This document shows positions 1 to 8,003 of a DNA stretch of 59,173 nt, piece by piece (positions within the stretch are counted from its first letter, which is position 1; each line of letters starts with the position of its first letter). The position numbers and the translations under genes are program-made. The notes beneath the pieces are model-generated. The model was not told the origin of the DNA and did no database searches. It was given only the letters and a program-made list of their open reading frames with translations. The stretch is from contig CAYZYP010000005.1 in NCBI GenBank assembly GCA_964482695.1, positions 1-59,173 of the forward strand, given 5' to 3'. This DNA comes from an uncultured Gammaproteobacteria bacterium. Its GTDB lineage: Bacteria > Patescibacteriota > Patescibacteriia > Magasanikbacterales > GWA2-37-8.

Positions 1-29
1 ATTATACAAAAAAATGGACACGATGTTTA

Positions 30-55
30 GTGTCCACTTTTTGGGGTACAGATCA
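30..55 (-). repeat. IS3-family-like terminal inverted repeat remnant, copy 1 (TGATCTGTACCCCAAAAAGTGGACAC on - strand)
   Basis: 26 nt identical to 12461-12486; resembles IS3 ends (TG...GTGGACAC); its distal part forms a terminator-like hairpin with 11-21. Confidence 0.55.
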
Positions 56-56
56 T

Positions 57-131
57 TGGCGGAAGGGCTGGGACGATGTTGGAATATGGATAGCCACCTT
101 CTACTTCGCCCAACCCCAGACAATTATTTAA
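57..131 (+). other. Left att junction of element 1 with displaced integrase 3' end
   Basis: TGGCGGAAGGGCTGGGA resembles tRNA-end TGGCGGAGAGGGTGGGA; from 60 it reads RKGWDDVGIWIATFYFAQPQTII*, in frame with the integrase after circularisation. Confidence 0.7.
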
Positions 132-775
132 TTAGTATGCGTCCTATAATACTCACCTCTTGCTATTTTTGCAATGGCATCGGCAACATTATCAAGATAC
201 TTTTCAATCACAAAGTTTGGATACCGTAATGTTTTATAGCCCTTTTTCATAGAGTAATAAGTTCTTTGGTAGTCGGCTGTTATTTGTTGTGGGTTTGTAT
301 AATGTTGAAGACCGTCAATCTCAATATTCAATTTTGCCCATGTAATTGCTATATCTATATGTTTGTGTCCGTCGTCTTTTTCTAGCACACATTTTATCCC
401 TCTTGCAATCAATGCGTCATGTAATGCTTGTGCTTGCGGTGTAGGTGTATTTGTTTTTTCAACTTTTGCTATAATCGCATTATCTTTTTTGGCCTCAACA
501 ACCAAGTGATCTATATCAGCATTCACGCTTTTAATTTCAGCAAAGATTTTTTTAGCTTTCTTGTTCTTCCAAATTTTAATAAAGATATATCCCGATAACA
601 AAACCCCTACTATCAAAACACCATATACGAGCCAATGAATAAAGGTAGCTCTGTCTGTAAAATATTTATAGACAATATAAAATAAACCTAATAGAATCAA
701 ACCTGCTATGGGGTCTTCTTCGTTATAGTCATCGTAATAATCGCTGTATCTATTGTAACGGCGGTAACGAGCCAT
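128..775 (-). CDS. Membrane-anchored DUF559/Vsr-like endonuclease-domain protein
   Basis: Two N-terminal hydrophobic segments; C-terminal HIDIA..LNIEIDGLQHY..D..RT..KGYKTLRY.N motif. Confidence 0.7.
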   Translation of the reverse strand: MARYRRYNRYSDYYDDYNEEDPIAGLILLGLFYIVYKYFTDRATFIHWLVYGVLIVGVLLSGYIFIKIWKNKKAKKIFAEIKSVNADIDHLVVEAKKDNAIIAKVEKTNTPTPQAQALHDALIARGIKCVLEKDDGHKHIDIAITWAKLNIEIDGLQHYTNPQQITADYQRTYYSMKKGYKTLRYPNFVIEKYLDNVADAIAKIARGEYYRTHTN

Positions 776-792
776 GTGTTTAATTTATACTA

Positions 793-1503
793 TTATAGGC
801 CAACTGCGTTAGCCCCGTACTCTGCTTGTTCTTGTGTAAATTTATCAAACTTCAACTGTTCAATTAAACTACCTCGTGAAAAAGCGGAATATGCCATGTA
901 TGATTTTGCCTTTTTAGCCGCTTGTTCATTCCAATTAGCACCAGAATTGTCTGCACCATAAACCGCATCGGCATGAGAAAATTGCTCATATTCCAATTGA
1001 GCAACCAATCCGTCATGAGAAAATCCTGTATAGTTTAAATAAGATTTTGCTTTTTGAACGGCATTTTTTTGACTAACTGTTATGGTTGATACTGGTGCGG
1101 TATTCTGCACGTCTGTTTGTTTGACTTGAGTTGGTGCTGGTGTAGGTGTCGGGGTAGTTACCTGTTTTGTCACAGGTGCGGTTTTTGTTTCTGTTTTTGT
1201 AGGGGTTGGGGTAGGCACTTCTATTTTATTTTCTACTACTGGTGTGGTGGTCGCATTATTTATCACATTCTGAGTATTCTCGGCAATTGGTTGTTTTACG
1301 CTCTGATTGTCGTTCTTTTTTGAAGAATCGGTTGTAATTCCAACCAACACAAATAAAGCAACGGCTGAAATACCAAAAATCTTTCCAATTCTTTTTCTTG
1401 TTAATTCTCCCTTAATGAATCGAGAGAAAGCCGTTGGCTTAATAAGTCCAACAACTAAACAAACAAGCGAGACGAGGAATAATAATATAAACAGGGTATT
1501 CAT
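793..1503 (-). CDS. Ltp-family surface protein (superinfection-exclusion type)
   Basis: N-terminal TM helices, Pro/Thr linker, two repeats A.xKAKSY....FS..GL..QL.Y/F..F....A.YGA. Confidence 0.8.
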   Translation of the reverse strand: MNTLFILLFLVSLVCLVVGLIKPTAFSRFIKGELTRKRIGKIFGISAVALFVLVGITTDSSKKNDNQSVKQPIAENTQNVINNATTTPVVENKIEVPTPTPTKTETKTAPVTKQVTTPTPTPAPTQVKQTDVQNTAPVSTITVSQKNAVQKAKSYLNYTGFSHDGLVAQLEYEQFSHADAVYGADNSGANWNEQAAKKAKSYMAYSAFSRGSLIEQLKFDKFTQEQAEYGANAVGL

Positions 1504-1526
1504 ATTTTAGATTATTGATTAAAATG

Positions 1527-1976
1527 TTATTTTGCCATGATTACATCTAATTTTTTCTTTACTTCATAAGGCTTTTCAATATGTCTTAAAACAATTTCGA
1601 TATTTCCTGAACCTGCTGTATTTATTGATAAATTGCCAGTATGAGTAAAAATACGATCTACTATTGGCTCTTCAACGTGCATATCGGTTATTTTTGTATA
1701 ATCGACACTTACCATTTTTGTTGAAAGCCAACCTGTGTGAATTATTATTCTTTTATTAGTAAATGCATAAGCGTTTGATGTTTTAGCGTAAAATTTACAA
1801 TAAAAAAGAGCTATTAAAAATGTTACAATACCAAAACCAGCGGCGGCCAATAAAGGCAAGCTGATAATACCAATCATTATCAAAATAAAATTCAAATATC
1901 TTTCCCCGATTGAAAATTCATATTCTACTTTTTCGTCTGACGATAATGTTTTGTCCCAAATTTTCTGATATTGCAT
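1527..1976 (-). CDS. Bacterial PH-domain (bPH_2) membrane protein
   Basis: Two TM segments then YAFTNKRII..TGWL...TGNLSINTAGS motif. Confidence 0.75.
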   Translation of the reverse strand: MQYQKIWDKTLSSDEKVEYEFSIGERYLNFILIMIGIISLPLLAAAGFGIVTFLIALFYCKFYAKTSNAYAFTNKRIIIHTGWLSTKMVSVDYTKITDMHVEEPIVDRIFTHTGNLSINTAGSGNIEIVLRHIEKPYEVKKKLDVIMAK

Positions 1977-2044
1977 ATAAATATATGTAAGTTAATTATT
2001 ATAATAATGCCACATTTTACGATTAAAATCAATTATTCCAGAAA

Positions 2045-2207
2045 CACAAAAGGCTACGTGTCTTCTGGCGATCCCTTGCGGAATCCAACAGCCTTTCGAC
2101 TGCTGACTACATGAATAATACCAGAGACGGCGTAGCCATCTCTATATTCATGTAGTATTTTCGACCATGCCCTATTTTTTAAGTAGGGTTTAGGTCTATA
2201 AATTGTT
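2045..2207 (-). ncRNA. Putative stand-alone structured sRNA
   Basis: TTGATT-N17-TAAGAT promoter (2242-2214); junction with GAAA and GCAA tetraloop hairpins closed by GGCTACG/CGTAGCC then a T-run; 12-bp complementarity 2106-2117/2145-2156. Confidence 0.5.
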
Positions 2208-2295
2208 GGGTATATCTTAACAAATAAACGCTCAAAAATCAAGGAAAACGCCCCACATTACAATCAATCGCCAAAATGGTATAATATAATTCCTT

Positions 2296-3090
2296 ATGAA
2301 AAACACCCAAATAATAGACAAAATAAACCAATTAGAGGGCGAATTCCAAGCAGAAACAAACTGTTTAAAAAAGCTCGTCACACTCCATGGATATGTGGAT
2401 TTTTTAAAGACGGACAATACTCTGAAAACCATGTTTGAAAAGGAAAACGGCCAAACCGAAACAACCCTCAAATCCTTGCTTTCAGGATCAACTACTTTTG
2501 CTGATTTTGATATTCAAACAGGTAAAACCAATTTTGATAATAACACCGTATTCTTTTACTGTTTTTTAGACGCTATGTATAAAACAATGGAAGAATACAA
2601 AGTTTTGACAGATAAAGACAAAATAGAAAAATTCAAGCTAAATGTTGAACTGGCTTTTAAAGACCCAATGCAGAATATGGTTTACAATATGGCATTTTCT
2701 GTTTTGAATAAAAAGATAATCAATGAATTAAGCACCGAGGATTTTATTAAAGGCAGTAAAGACAATACATATTTTGACAAGGAACAAAGCGTTTTGCATA
2801 TCAAAGGCAACGAAGTAAAAATCAAACGAAAAGCCGACTTGCCAATCGAACACTATATTTTAGAATGCCTGTTTGATCAAGAGGATAAAACCGAAGAGGT
2901 ATATTATCAAGACATAGCCAAAGACAAGTTAAAAGAGTTGGAATACGACAGCTCGACCGACTGGAAAACATATCACAAAGCGTGTCAAAGATTGCAAGAC
3001 AAAATTCGGATTGACGCACAGATTGACGACTTCATTATCTTCACCACCGGCAAGACTGGCAATGTGAAAATCAATAACGATTATCTCTAA
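2296..3090 (+). CDS. Element protein with putative C-terminal winged-helix domain (homolog of 18955-19767)
   Basis: C-terminal half aligns by eye: TYFD....VL..KG...KI, TY..AC..(L/I)Q.K.R, DF.IF.TGK.G.VKIN..YL. Confidence 0.7.
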   Translation: MKNTQIIDKINQLEGEFQAETNCLKKLVTLHGYVDFLKTDNTLKTMFEKENGQTETTLKSLLSGSTTFADFDIQTGKTNFDNNTVFFYCFLDAMYKTMEEYKVLTDKDKIEKFKLNVELAFKDPMQNMVYNMAFSVLNKKIINELSTEDFIKGSKDNTYFDKEQSVLHIKGNEVKIKRKADLPIEHYILECLFDQEDKTEEVYYQDIAKDKLKELEYDSSTDWKTYHKACQRLQDKIRIDAQIDDFIIFTTGKTGNVKINNDYL

Positions 3091-3220
3091 AAATTCCCCC
3101 AAACAGTAGTCAAAATAAGGCTTAAATTAAATACTTCCACGACTTCCCCCATTTCTTCCCTGTAAGATGAGGGAAGTCTTTTTTTATACAATTACCGCAT
3201 AATTTTTGTGCGGTTTTTTT

Positions 3221-3373
3221 GTGTTTACATACCCCGAACAATTAAGGACGGAATGTAAAGCATTTTATAAAGAAATGTGTGATGTTGATATTTCCGACGA
3301 AACCGCCGACCAGTATTTAGACAGCTTTGCCGATCTTTATACTGGCATGAAAAATCTTTTAAGCGATGATTAA
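3221..3373 (+). CDS. Small 50-aa protein, possible recombination directionality factor (not in ORF track)
   Basis: GTG start, FTYPEQLRTECKAFYKEMCDVDISDETADQYLDSFADLY; weak similarity to 25945-26145. Confidence 0.5.
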   Translation: MFTYPEQLRTECKAFYKEMCDVDISDETADQYLDSFADLYTGMKNLLSDD

Positions 3374-3380
3374 CTTTTCT

Positions 3381-3544
3381 TTGGGTAAAGAGTATTTATT
3401 TTTTTTGGGAACGCCCGACAGGGCAGACCAAAAAAATAAATACTTTACCAAGGAAGTAATGGATTAAAGTTTTCTCGCCCTCGCCCAAACCTGCCCGATT
3501 TGGGCGAGGGCGAGAAACAACGCTTACTCATTAACTGGATTATA
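3381..3544 (+). other. Putative double-strand replication origin of element 1
   Basis: Two long hairpins (3381-3451, 3471-3519) then TAACTGGATTATA, paralleled by TAATCTTGATTATA upstream of the second Rep. Confidence 0.5.
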
Positions 3545-3592
3545 TGTACATATTTGGACGCAAAATTTCATTACTATTTTATTTCAATAATT

Positions 3593-4474
3593 ATGATTGA
3601 AGCTTATGATTTCAGAGTGATTGTTTCTGGTCGTGAGATCGAAACTTATCACTACAAAACTAAAAAAATATTTCGTGGGTTTACAAAGAAAAATAAGATT
3701 GAAGAAGTCGAGGCCGAGATATGCGAAAAAAGAGAAGAAAAAATCAGTCCCGAAGAATGGGCGGAAATTGTGGAAGACTGGGGTTGCGAAGAGGAAAAAG
3801 AAAAACTACACAAAGAGCAAGCCGAGGCGAAAGAAAAGCAAAACATAAAAACCCAATCGTCAATCTGTCGCACTAGGACAAACATCAGACGACTGACAAA
3901 CACCAACCCACACCTTAATAATTTTTTGACGCTCACCTTTGCCAAGTCTATGCCCAATCTCGAACCTGCCAATAATTTATTTCATTTGTTTATCAAACGC
4001 ATTACTCGTAAATATCCAAATTTTGAATACATCGCCGTCAATGAATTTCAAAAAGACACTTACTTTGACGGACGGATTAAGCCTGAGGGCGGATCTGTTC
4101 ATTATCATTTGCTTTGCAATTTGGGGGCAAAATATACCACCAAAGAAGAATTGTTTGCATGGGAAAGACGCTTTGCTTTGAAATATTGGCAAAATGGATT
4201 TATTAAGATTAAAGAAGTAAGCCAAATCACGAATATGGGGGCGTACTTTTGCAAGTATTTAGGCAAGGATATGTTTGATAAAAGAATGTTTAGAAAAAAG
4301 AAATTCTTTTGTTCTCGGACATTACAACGACCAGTTGAATTAACTGGCGATAAAGCAATCAGTTTTTTCAATCGGTTTGTGAAATCGACAAAACCGATCT
4401 TTGAAAAAACCTTTACTAGCGAATATGTGGGCGAAGTTGATTATTCTGCCTATACACTTGAAAAAATACCTTAA
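3593..4474 (+). CDS. HUH rolling-circle replication initiator (Rep)
   Basis: Motif I FLTLTF, motif II VHYHLL, motif III YFCKYLGK; start set at MIEAYDF by alignment with the second Rep. Confidence 0.85.
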   Translation: MIEAYDFRVIVSGREIETYHYKTKKIFRGFTKKNKIEEVEAEICEKREEKISPEEWAEIVEDWGCEEEKEKLHKEQAEAKEKQNIKTQSSICRTRTNIRRLTNTNPHLNNFLTLTFAKSMPNLEPANNLFHLFIKRITRKYPNFEYIAVNEFQKDTYFDGRIKPEGGSVHYHLLCNLGAKYTTKEELFAWERRFALKYWQNGFIKIKEVSQITNMGAYFCKYLGKDMFDKRMFRKKKFFCSRTLQRPVELTGDKAISFFNRFVKSTKPIFEKTFTSEYVGEVDYSAYTLEKIP

Positions 4475-4491
4475 TATGATACTATATGAAA

Positions 4492-4616
4492 GCTAAACCA
4501 ACACAATTTATATATCAGAAGATTTTATTATTTTTGTCCCCAAAAAGGGGCGGTTTCTGTCCGACAAAAATATCTTCTGATATTTGCGTTGGTTTAGCCA
4601 GAACCGTCCCTTTTTG
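4492..4616 (+). ncRNA. Conserved pseudoknotted leader RNA upstream of integrase, copy 1
   Basis: Nested stems plus loop-to-3' pairing, covarying with 26148-26274; TTGAAA..TG.TACTAT promoter just upstream. Confidence 0.75.
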
Positions 4617-4635
4617 TTTTTAATAATTTTAATAT

Positions 4636-6417
4636 ATGAAGTACATTTTGTATTGCAGAAAATCCAGCGAAGACAAAGGCAAACAAATTTTGTCTTTAGA
4701 GAGCCAAGTTACGGAAATGAAAAAGTTGGCCGTTAATTTAGGTTTGGAAATAATCCAAACATACACCGAAAGCAAATCAGCGAAGAAGCCCGACAACAGA
4801 CCGTTATTCTCGGAAATGGTTAAACAAATACAAAAAAACAAAGACGGTGATCTCGGTATTCTCTGTTGGAAAATAGATCGTCTATCCCGAAATCCGATTG
4901 ATAGTGCAACTATTCAATGGCTTTTGCAACAAGGAAATATTAAAATAATCCAAACGATTGATAGACAATATTTGCCCTCTGATAATGTTGTCTTGTTTAG
5001 CGTGGAAAGCGGAATGGCCAATCAGTATATTTTGGATTTATCCAAAAATGTTAAGCGTGGAATATTAACAAAGCTCGAAAAAGGCGGTTGGCCAAATTTA
5101 GCACCGCTCGGATATTTGAATGACGGCAAGGGCGGAATCGTTATTGATAAGGCAAGGATAAAATATATCAAGCAAATATTTACCCTCTACAAAGAGGGAA
5201 ACAAAAGCGTTAGAGATATTGCCGATATATTATTTAAGCAAGGTTTTAGAAGTCGGGCAGGTAATAAATATCACAAAAGCAAAGTCCACAAAATACTTAA
5301 CGATTCTTTTTATTGCGGAATAATGACCAAGAACGGCAAACAGTACTTAGGTAACCATGAGCCGACCATACCTAAAAAATTGTTTGATAGCGTTCAAGAA
5401 GTCTTAAACAAAAAAGCCAATACTAAAAAGCAAAAGTTGTATTTTACTTATCGAGGCGTATTAAAATGTGATACTTGTGGCTGTGTTTTGACGGCCACGA
5501 AAAAGAAAGGCAAACATACTTATTACTATTGCACCAACGGCAAAGGAAAATGCGACGAACACAAAGTATATTTAAAAGAAGACGATGTTAAAAAAGAACT
5601 AACTAATGTTTTTGATAATGTAATAATCAACAAGAAATTGATTGAAATGTGCTACCAAGCTGAAAAGGTAAAATTGGGCGAAAATGACAGCTATCTAACC
5701 CAAGCCAGTCAAACAATCGAAACTGCTCTTGCAAAGGCACAGGACAGGAAAAACAAGCTTTTAGACCTATACCTAGACGGCAATCTAACCAAGGAAGTGT
5801 ACGATCAAAAAGTTATTGTTCTTGATAATGAAATAATACAACTTAAAAAAGATTTAGACGAATTAAAACACAAAAAATCGAACAATAACGAAATTACTTT
5901 GGAACGGGTAAAAGACATCTTTTTATTCCCAATTAAAGCTAAAAAAGAATTTGCCGATAGAAAAAATGGCAAACAGGAAATTATTATAAAAACTTTACTT
6001 TGGAACGCTCAAATTAGAAACAAAAAAATCGCTCATCTTAGCTTTAAAGAACCATTTTTAAGGCTCTCTAAAATTGAAAATAAAAGCGATTTTTTATCAG
6101 TGCGGAGAGGGTGGGATTTGAACCCACGAGGGCTATTAACCCTACCGCTTTTCGAGAGCGGCACTTTCAACCACTCAGACACCTCTCCATTTATAATTCT
6201 TTTAAAGGCATTACCGGTTTATCCCGCCAAAAGCGGAACAAGCTCAGTTTACCCCGCCAAAAGCGGAACAAGCTCAGTTTCCCCCGCCATAGGCGGGGAC
6301 ACCTCTCCATTTTCACCATACTATATCGCAAAAACCCTAAAAAAACAAGTAAAAAGACCTGAAAGACAGGTCTTTGGTAAACCCCGCATTGTGGCGCGGA
6401 GAAAAATATTAAATTAG
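4636..6417 (+). CDS. Large serine recombinase (integrase); integrated form reads through antisense tRNA
   Basis: YCRKSS catalytic motif, KIDRLSRN, recombinase domain, CxxC..YYYC zinc ribbon, coiled coil; residues after about 490 derive from tRNA and repeats. Confidence 0.92.
   Translation: MKYILYCRKSSEDKGKQILSLESQVTEMKKLAVNLGLEIIQTYTESKSAKKPDNRPLFSEMVKQIQKNKDGDLGILCWKIDRLSRNPIDSATIQWLLQQGNIKIIQTIDRQYLPSDNVVLFSVESGMANQYILDLSKNVKRGILTKLEKGGWPNLAPLGYLNDGKGGIVIDKARIKYIKQIFTLYKEGNKSVRDIADILFKQGFRSRAGNKYHKSKVHKILNDSFYCGIMTKNGKQYLGNHEPTIPKKLFDSVQEVLNKKANTKKQKLYFTYRGVLKCDTCGCVLTATKKKGKHTYYYCTNGKGKCDEHKVYLKEDDVKKELTNVFDNVIINKKLIEMCYQAEKVKLGENDSYLTQASQTIETALAKAQDRKNKLLDLYLDGNLTKEVYDQKVIVLDNEIIQLKKDLDELKHKKSNNNEITLERVKDIFLFPIKAKKEFADRKNGKQEIIIKTLLWNAQIRNKKIAHLSFKEPFLRLSKIENKSDFLSVRRGWDLNPRGLLTLPLFESGTFNHSDTSPFIILLKALPVYPAKSGTSSVYPAKSGTSSVSPAIGGDTSPFSPYYIAKTLKKQVKRPERQVFGKPRIVARRKILN
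6103..6188 (-). tRNA. tRNA-Ser (CGA)
   Basis: GGAGAGG acceptor, loop CTCGAAA, long variable arm, GTTCAAATC; no encoded CCA in the integrated state. Confidence 0.95.
6217..6312. repeat. 30-bp tandem repeat (2 full units + 1 variant) followed by duplicated tRNA 5' end
   Basis: GTTTA(T/C)CCCGCCAAAAGCGGAACAAGCTCA at 6217 and 6247, variant at 6277; GACACCTCTCCATTT at 6178-6192 and 6298-6312. Confidence 0.85.
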
Positions 6418-6426
6418 CCAATTTTT

Positions 6427-6942
6427 TTACTTCTTAAAACAAGCTGGCTCACGCTGGCCAGCGCCAAAACATTGGCGGCAACTGCTTGTCGCTTGGCCAT
6501 CATATCTATTATACAATCCGCACATTAGCCCTTTCTTAAAATAAATATTATCTAATTTAAAATAATTTATTAAAAAACCGGCTAAAAAAATAGTTAGCGC
6601 CAAACCAATAATAATAACAATAAAATTATTCTTATAAGAAAAATCGTAACGACGCAACAGCCAGCCACCCAAAGCAATACCAATAACAGCCAAAATAGGC
6701 GCCCACCAAGGAAAACTGGCCAATAACTGTTGCCAACGAATAGCCCCCATTGGCCCGTGAGTTCTGATTGAGAAAATAAACAGATTCATTAAAAAAATAC
6801 TGGCTACCACCAAGCAAACAAAGCCAGCAATCATAGCCACTGATCCAAACCAAAAATACCACTTTGGCCGCATTTTTACTGAACCATTATCAATTAATTC
6901 CATTATTTTTTTTACTGAATCTAAATTTTTTTTGTCTGACAT
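6427..6942 (-). CDS. Membrane protein, putative anti-sigma factor
   Basis: Three TM segments; overlaps the end of the ECF sigma gene. Confidence 0.55.
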   Translation of the reverse strand: MSDKKNLDSVKKIMELIDNGSVKMRPKWYFWFGSVAMIAGFVCLVVASIFLMNLFIFSIRTHGPMGAIRWQQLLASFPWWAPILAVIGIALGGWLLRRYDFSYKNNFIVIIIGLALTIFLAGFLINYFKLDNIYFKKGLMCGLYNRYDGQATSSCRQCFGAGQREPACFKK

Positions 6943-7469
6943 ATTTTTTTCATTAATATTTTTGCTCGATTAATTCTGGTGCCTACTGTGCCTATTGGCA
7001 CGCGTAAAATATCGCTAATTTCCTCGTATGACTTATCTTCTAGAAAAAATAACGATAAGGGCTCGGCATACAGCAAAGGAATTTGGTTAAGACATCCACT
7101 AATTCTTGCTTTTATTTCCTCTTTATCAAAATTATCTTCTAAATCTATATTACCCACGAAATCCATATTGGGCAATATTGGTGTTTCGCGCCGATGTTTA
7201 ACCAACTCATTAATCGCTTCGTTGTGGACAATGCGATAAATCCAAGTAGAAAATTTTAACTTATTTTTAAAACTATTAAGATTAACAAAAGCTTTTAAAA
7301 AAGAATTTTGCACGATATCGGCTGACATGGCTTCATCACGCGTTAAATTATTGGCATAACGCAATAATTTACTTTGAAAACGCAACACGATTTCGGCATA
7401 AGCTTCTTTGTCTTTCCGGCGTACATAATCAGCTACTTGTTCATCGGTTAATTTTGACAAATCAAACAT
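6921..7469 (-). CDS. ECF RNA polymerase sigma factor
   Basis: DIVQNSFLKAF, FSTWIYRIVHN, SYEEISDIL.VPIGTVGTRINRAK; start set at MFDLS. Confidence 0.92.
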   Translation of the reverse strand: MFDLSKLTDEQVADYVRRKDKEAYAEIVLRFQSKLLRYANNLTRDEAMSADIVQNSFLKAFVNLNSFKNKLKFSTWIYRIVHNEAINELVKHRRETPILPNMDFVGNIDLEDNFDKEEIKARISGCLNQIPLLYAEPLSLFFLEDKSYEEISDILRVPIGTVGTRINRAKILMKKICQTKKI

Positions 7470-7532
7470 AATATATTGAAAGCAATCAAATTCTTGCCAG
7501 ATATCTGGCAAGAATTTGATATTTTCTCTGTT

Positions 7533-7925
7533 CTATTTATTCATTCTACCACGACCCTGCCCAAATTGAGAACCGGTTCCAGCGTTTTGCCCATCACTTG
7601 TTCTTAAACCTAACTCTTTTCTAATAACATCAGCTTCGGCATATTTTCCTTGTTCGGCCAGTTTGTGGGCTTGGGCGAATTTGGCAAAATTATCTTTATT
7701 TATCACTTGATTCACGCGCCCTTTGCCAACCATTAAATTTTTCCAAGATTCATAATCAACATTATTAATCGCCTTTTGCATTGCTTCGTGCCTTTCGGTA
7801 GTGCAATTAGGACCTTTTTTTGTGTAATCACCCTGATATGCCGACACCGAGCCGGCGACCGACAAACCAGTGACACCAACAACCGCTAGGGTTAAAATTG
7901 AATATAACATTTTTTTAGAGTTCAT
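7533..7925 (-). CDS. Secreted hypothetical protein
   Basis: Signal peptide, helical core, Gly-rich tail. Confidence 0.6.
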   Translation of the reverse strand: MNSKKMLYSILTLAVVGVTGLSVAGSVSAYQGDYTKKGPNCTTERHEAMQKAINNVDYESWKNLMVGKGRVNQVINKDNFAKFAQAHKLAEQGKYAEADVIRKELGLRTSDGQNAGTGSQFGQGRGRMNK

Positions 7926-8003
7926 ATATTTAAAATTATTCTTGAATTAATGTTTTCGACCTTTCAACTATACTACAAGAAAGGCCGTGCTTTTCTTTCA
8001 AAC

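Larger units (their letters stand above)
59..6106. mobile_element. Element 1: integrated rolling-circle element (Rep + large serine recombinase), putative satellite
   Basis: GCGGA core at 59-63 and 6102-6106 (tRNA-Ser 3' end); HUH Rep, serine recombinase, cargo genes, no virion genes. Confidence 0.75.

Noticed and set aside
14-229. Short ORF-track entries overlapping or antisense to supported genes (also 3621-4371, 6111-6421, 41370-41588 and similar)
   Set aside because: No motifs; they overlap better-supported genes, tRNAs or att sites
4538-4547. Leader-RNA loop CCCCAAAAAG matches the reverse complement of the att-flanking 26-mer, suggesting a guide RNA
   Set aside because: Only 10 low-complexity nt; copy 2 has a mismatch although its flank is identical; the loop is already explained by the pseudoknot. 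Revisit only if loop and target covary across many elements
6217-6297. 30-bp repeats as a CRISPR array
   Set aside because: Units are adjacent with no spacers, and no cas genes are in the window
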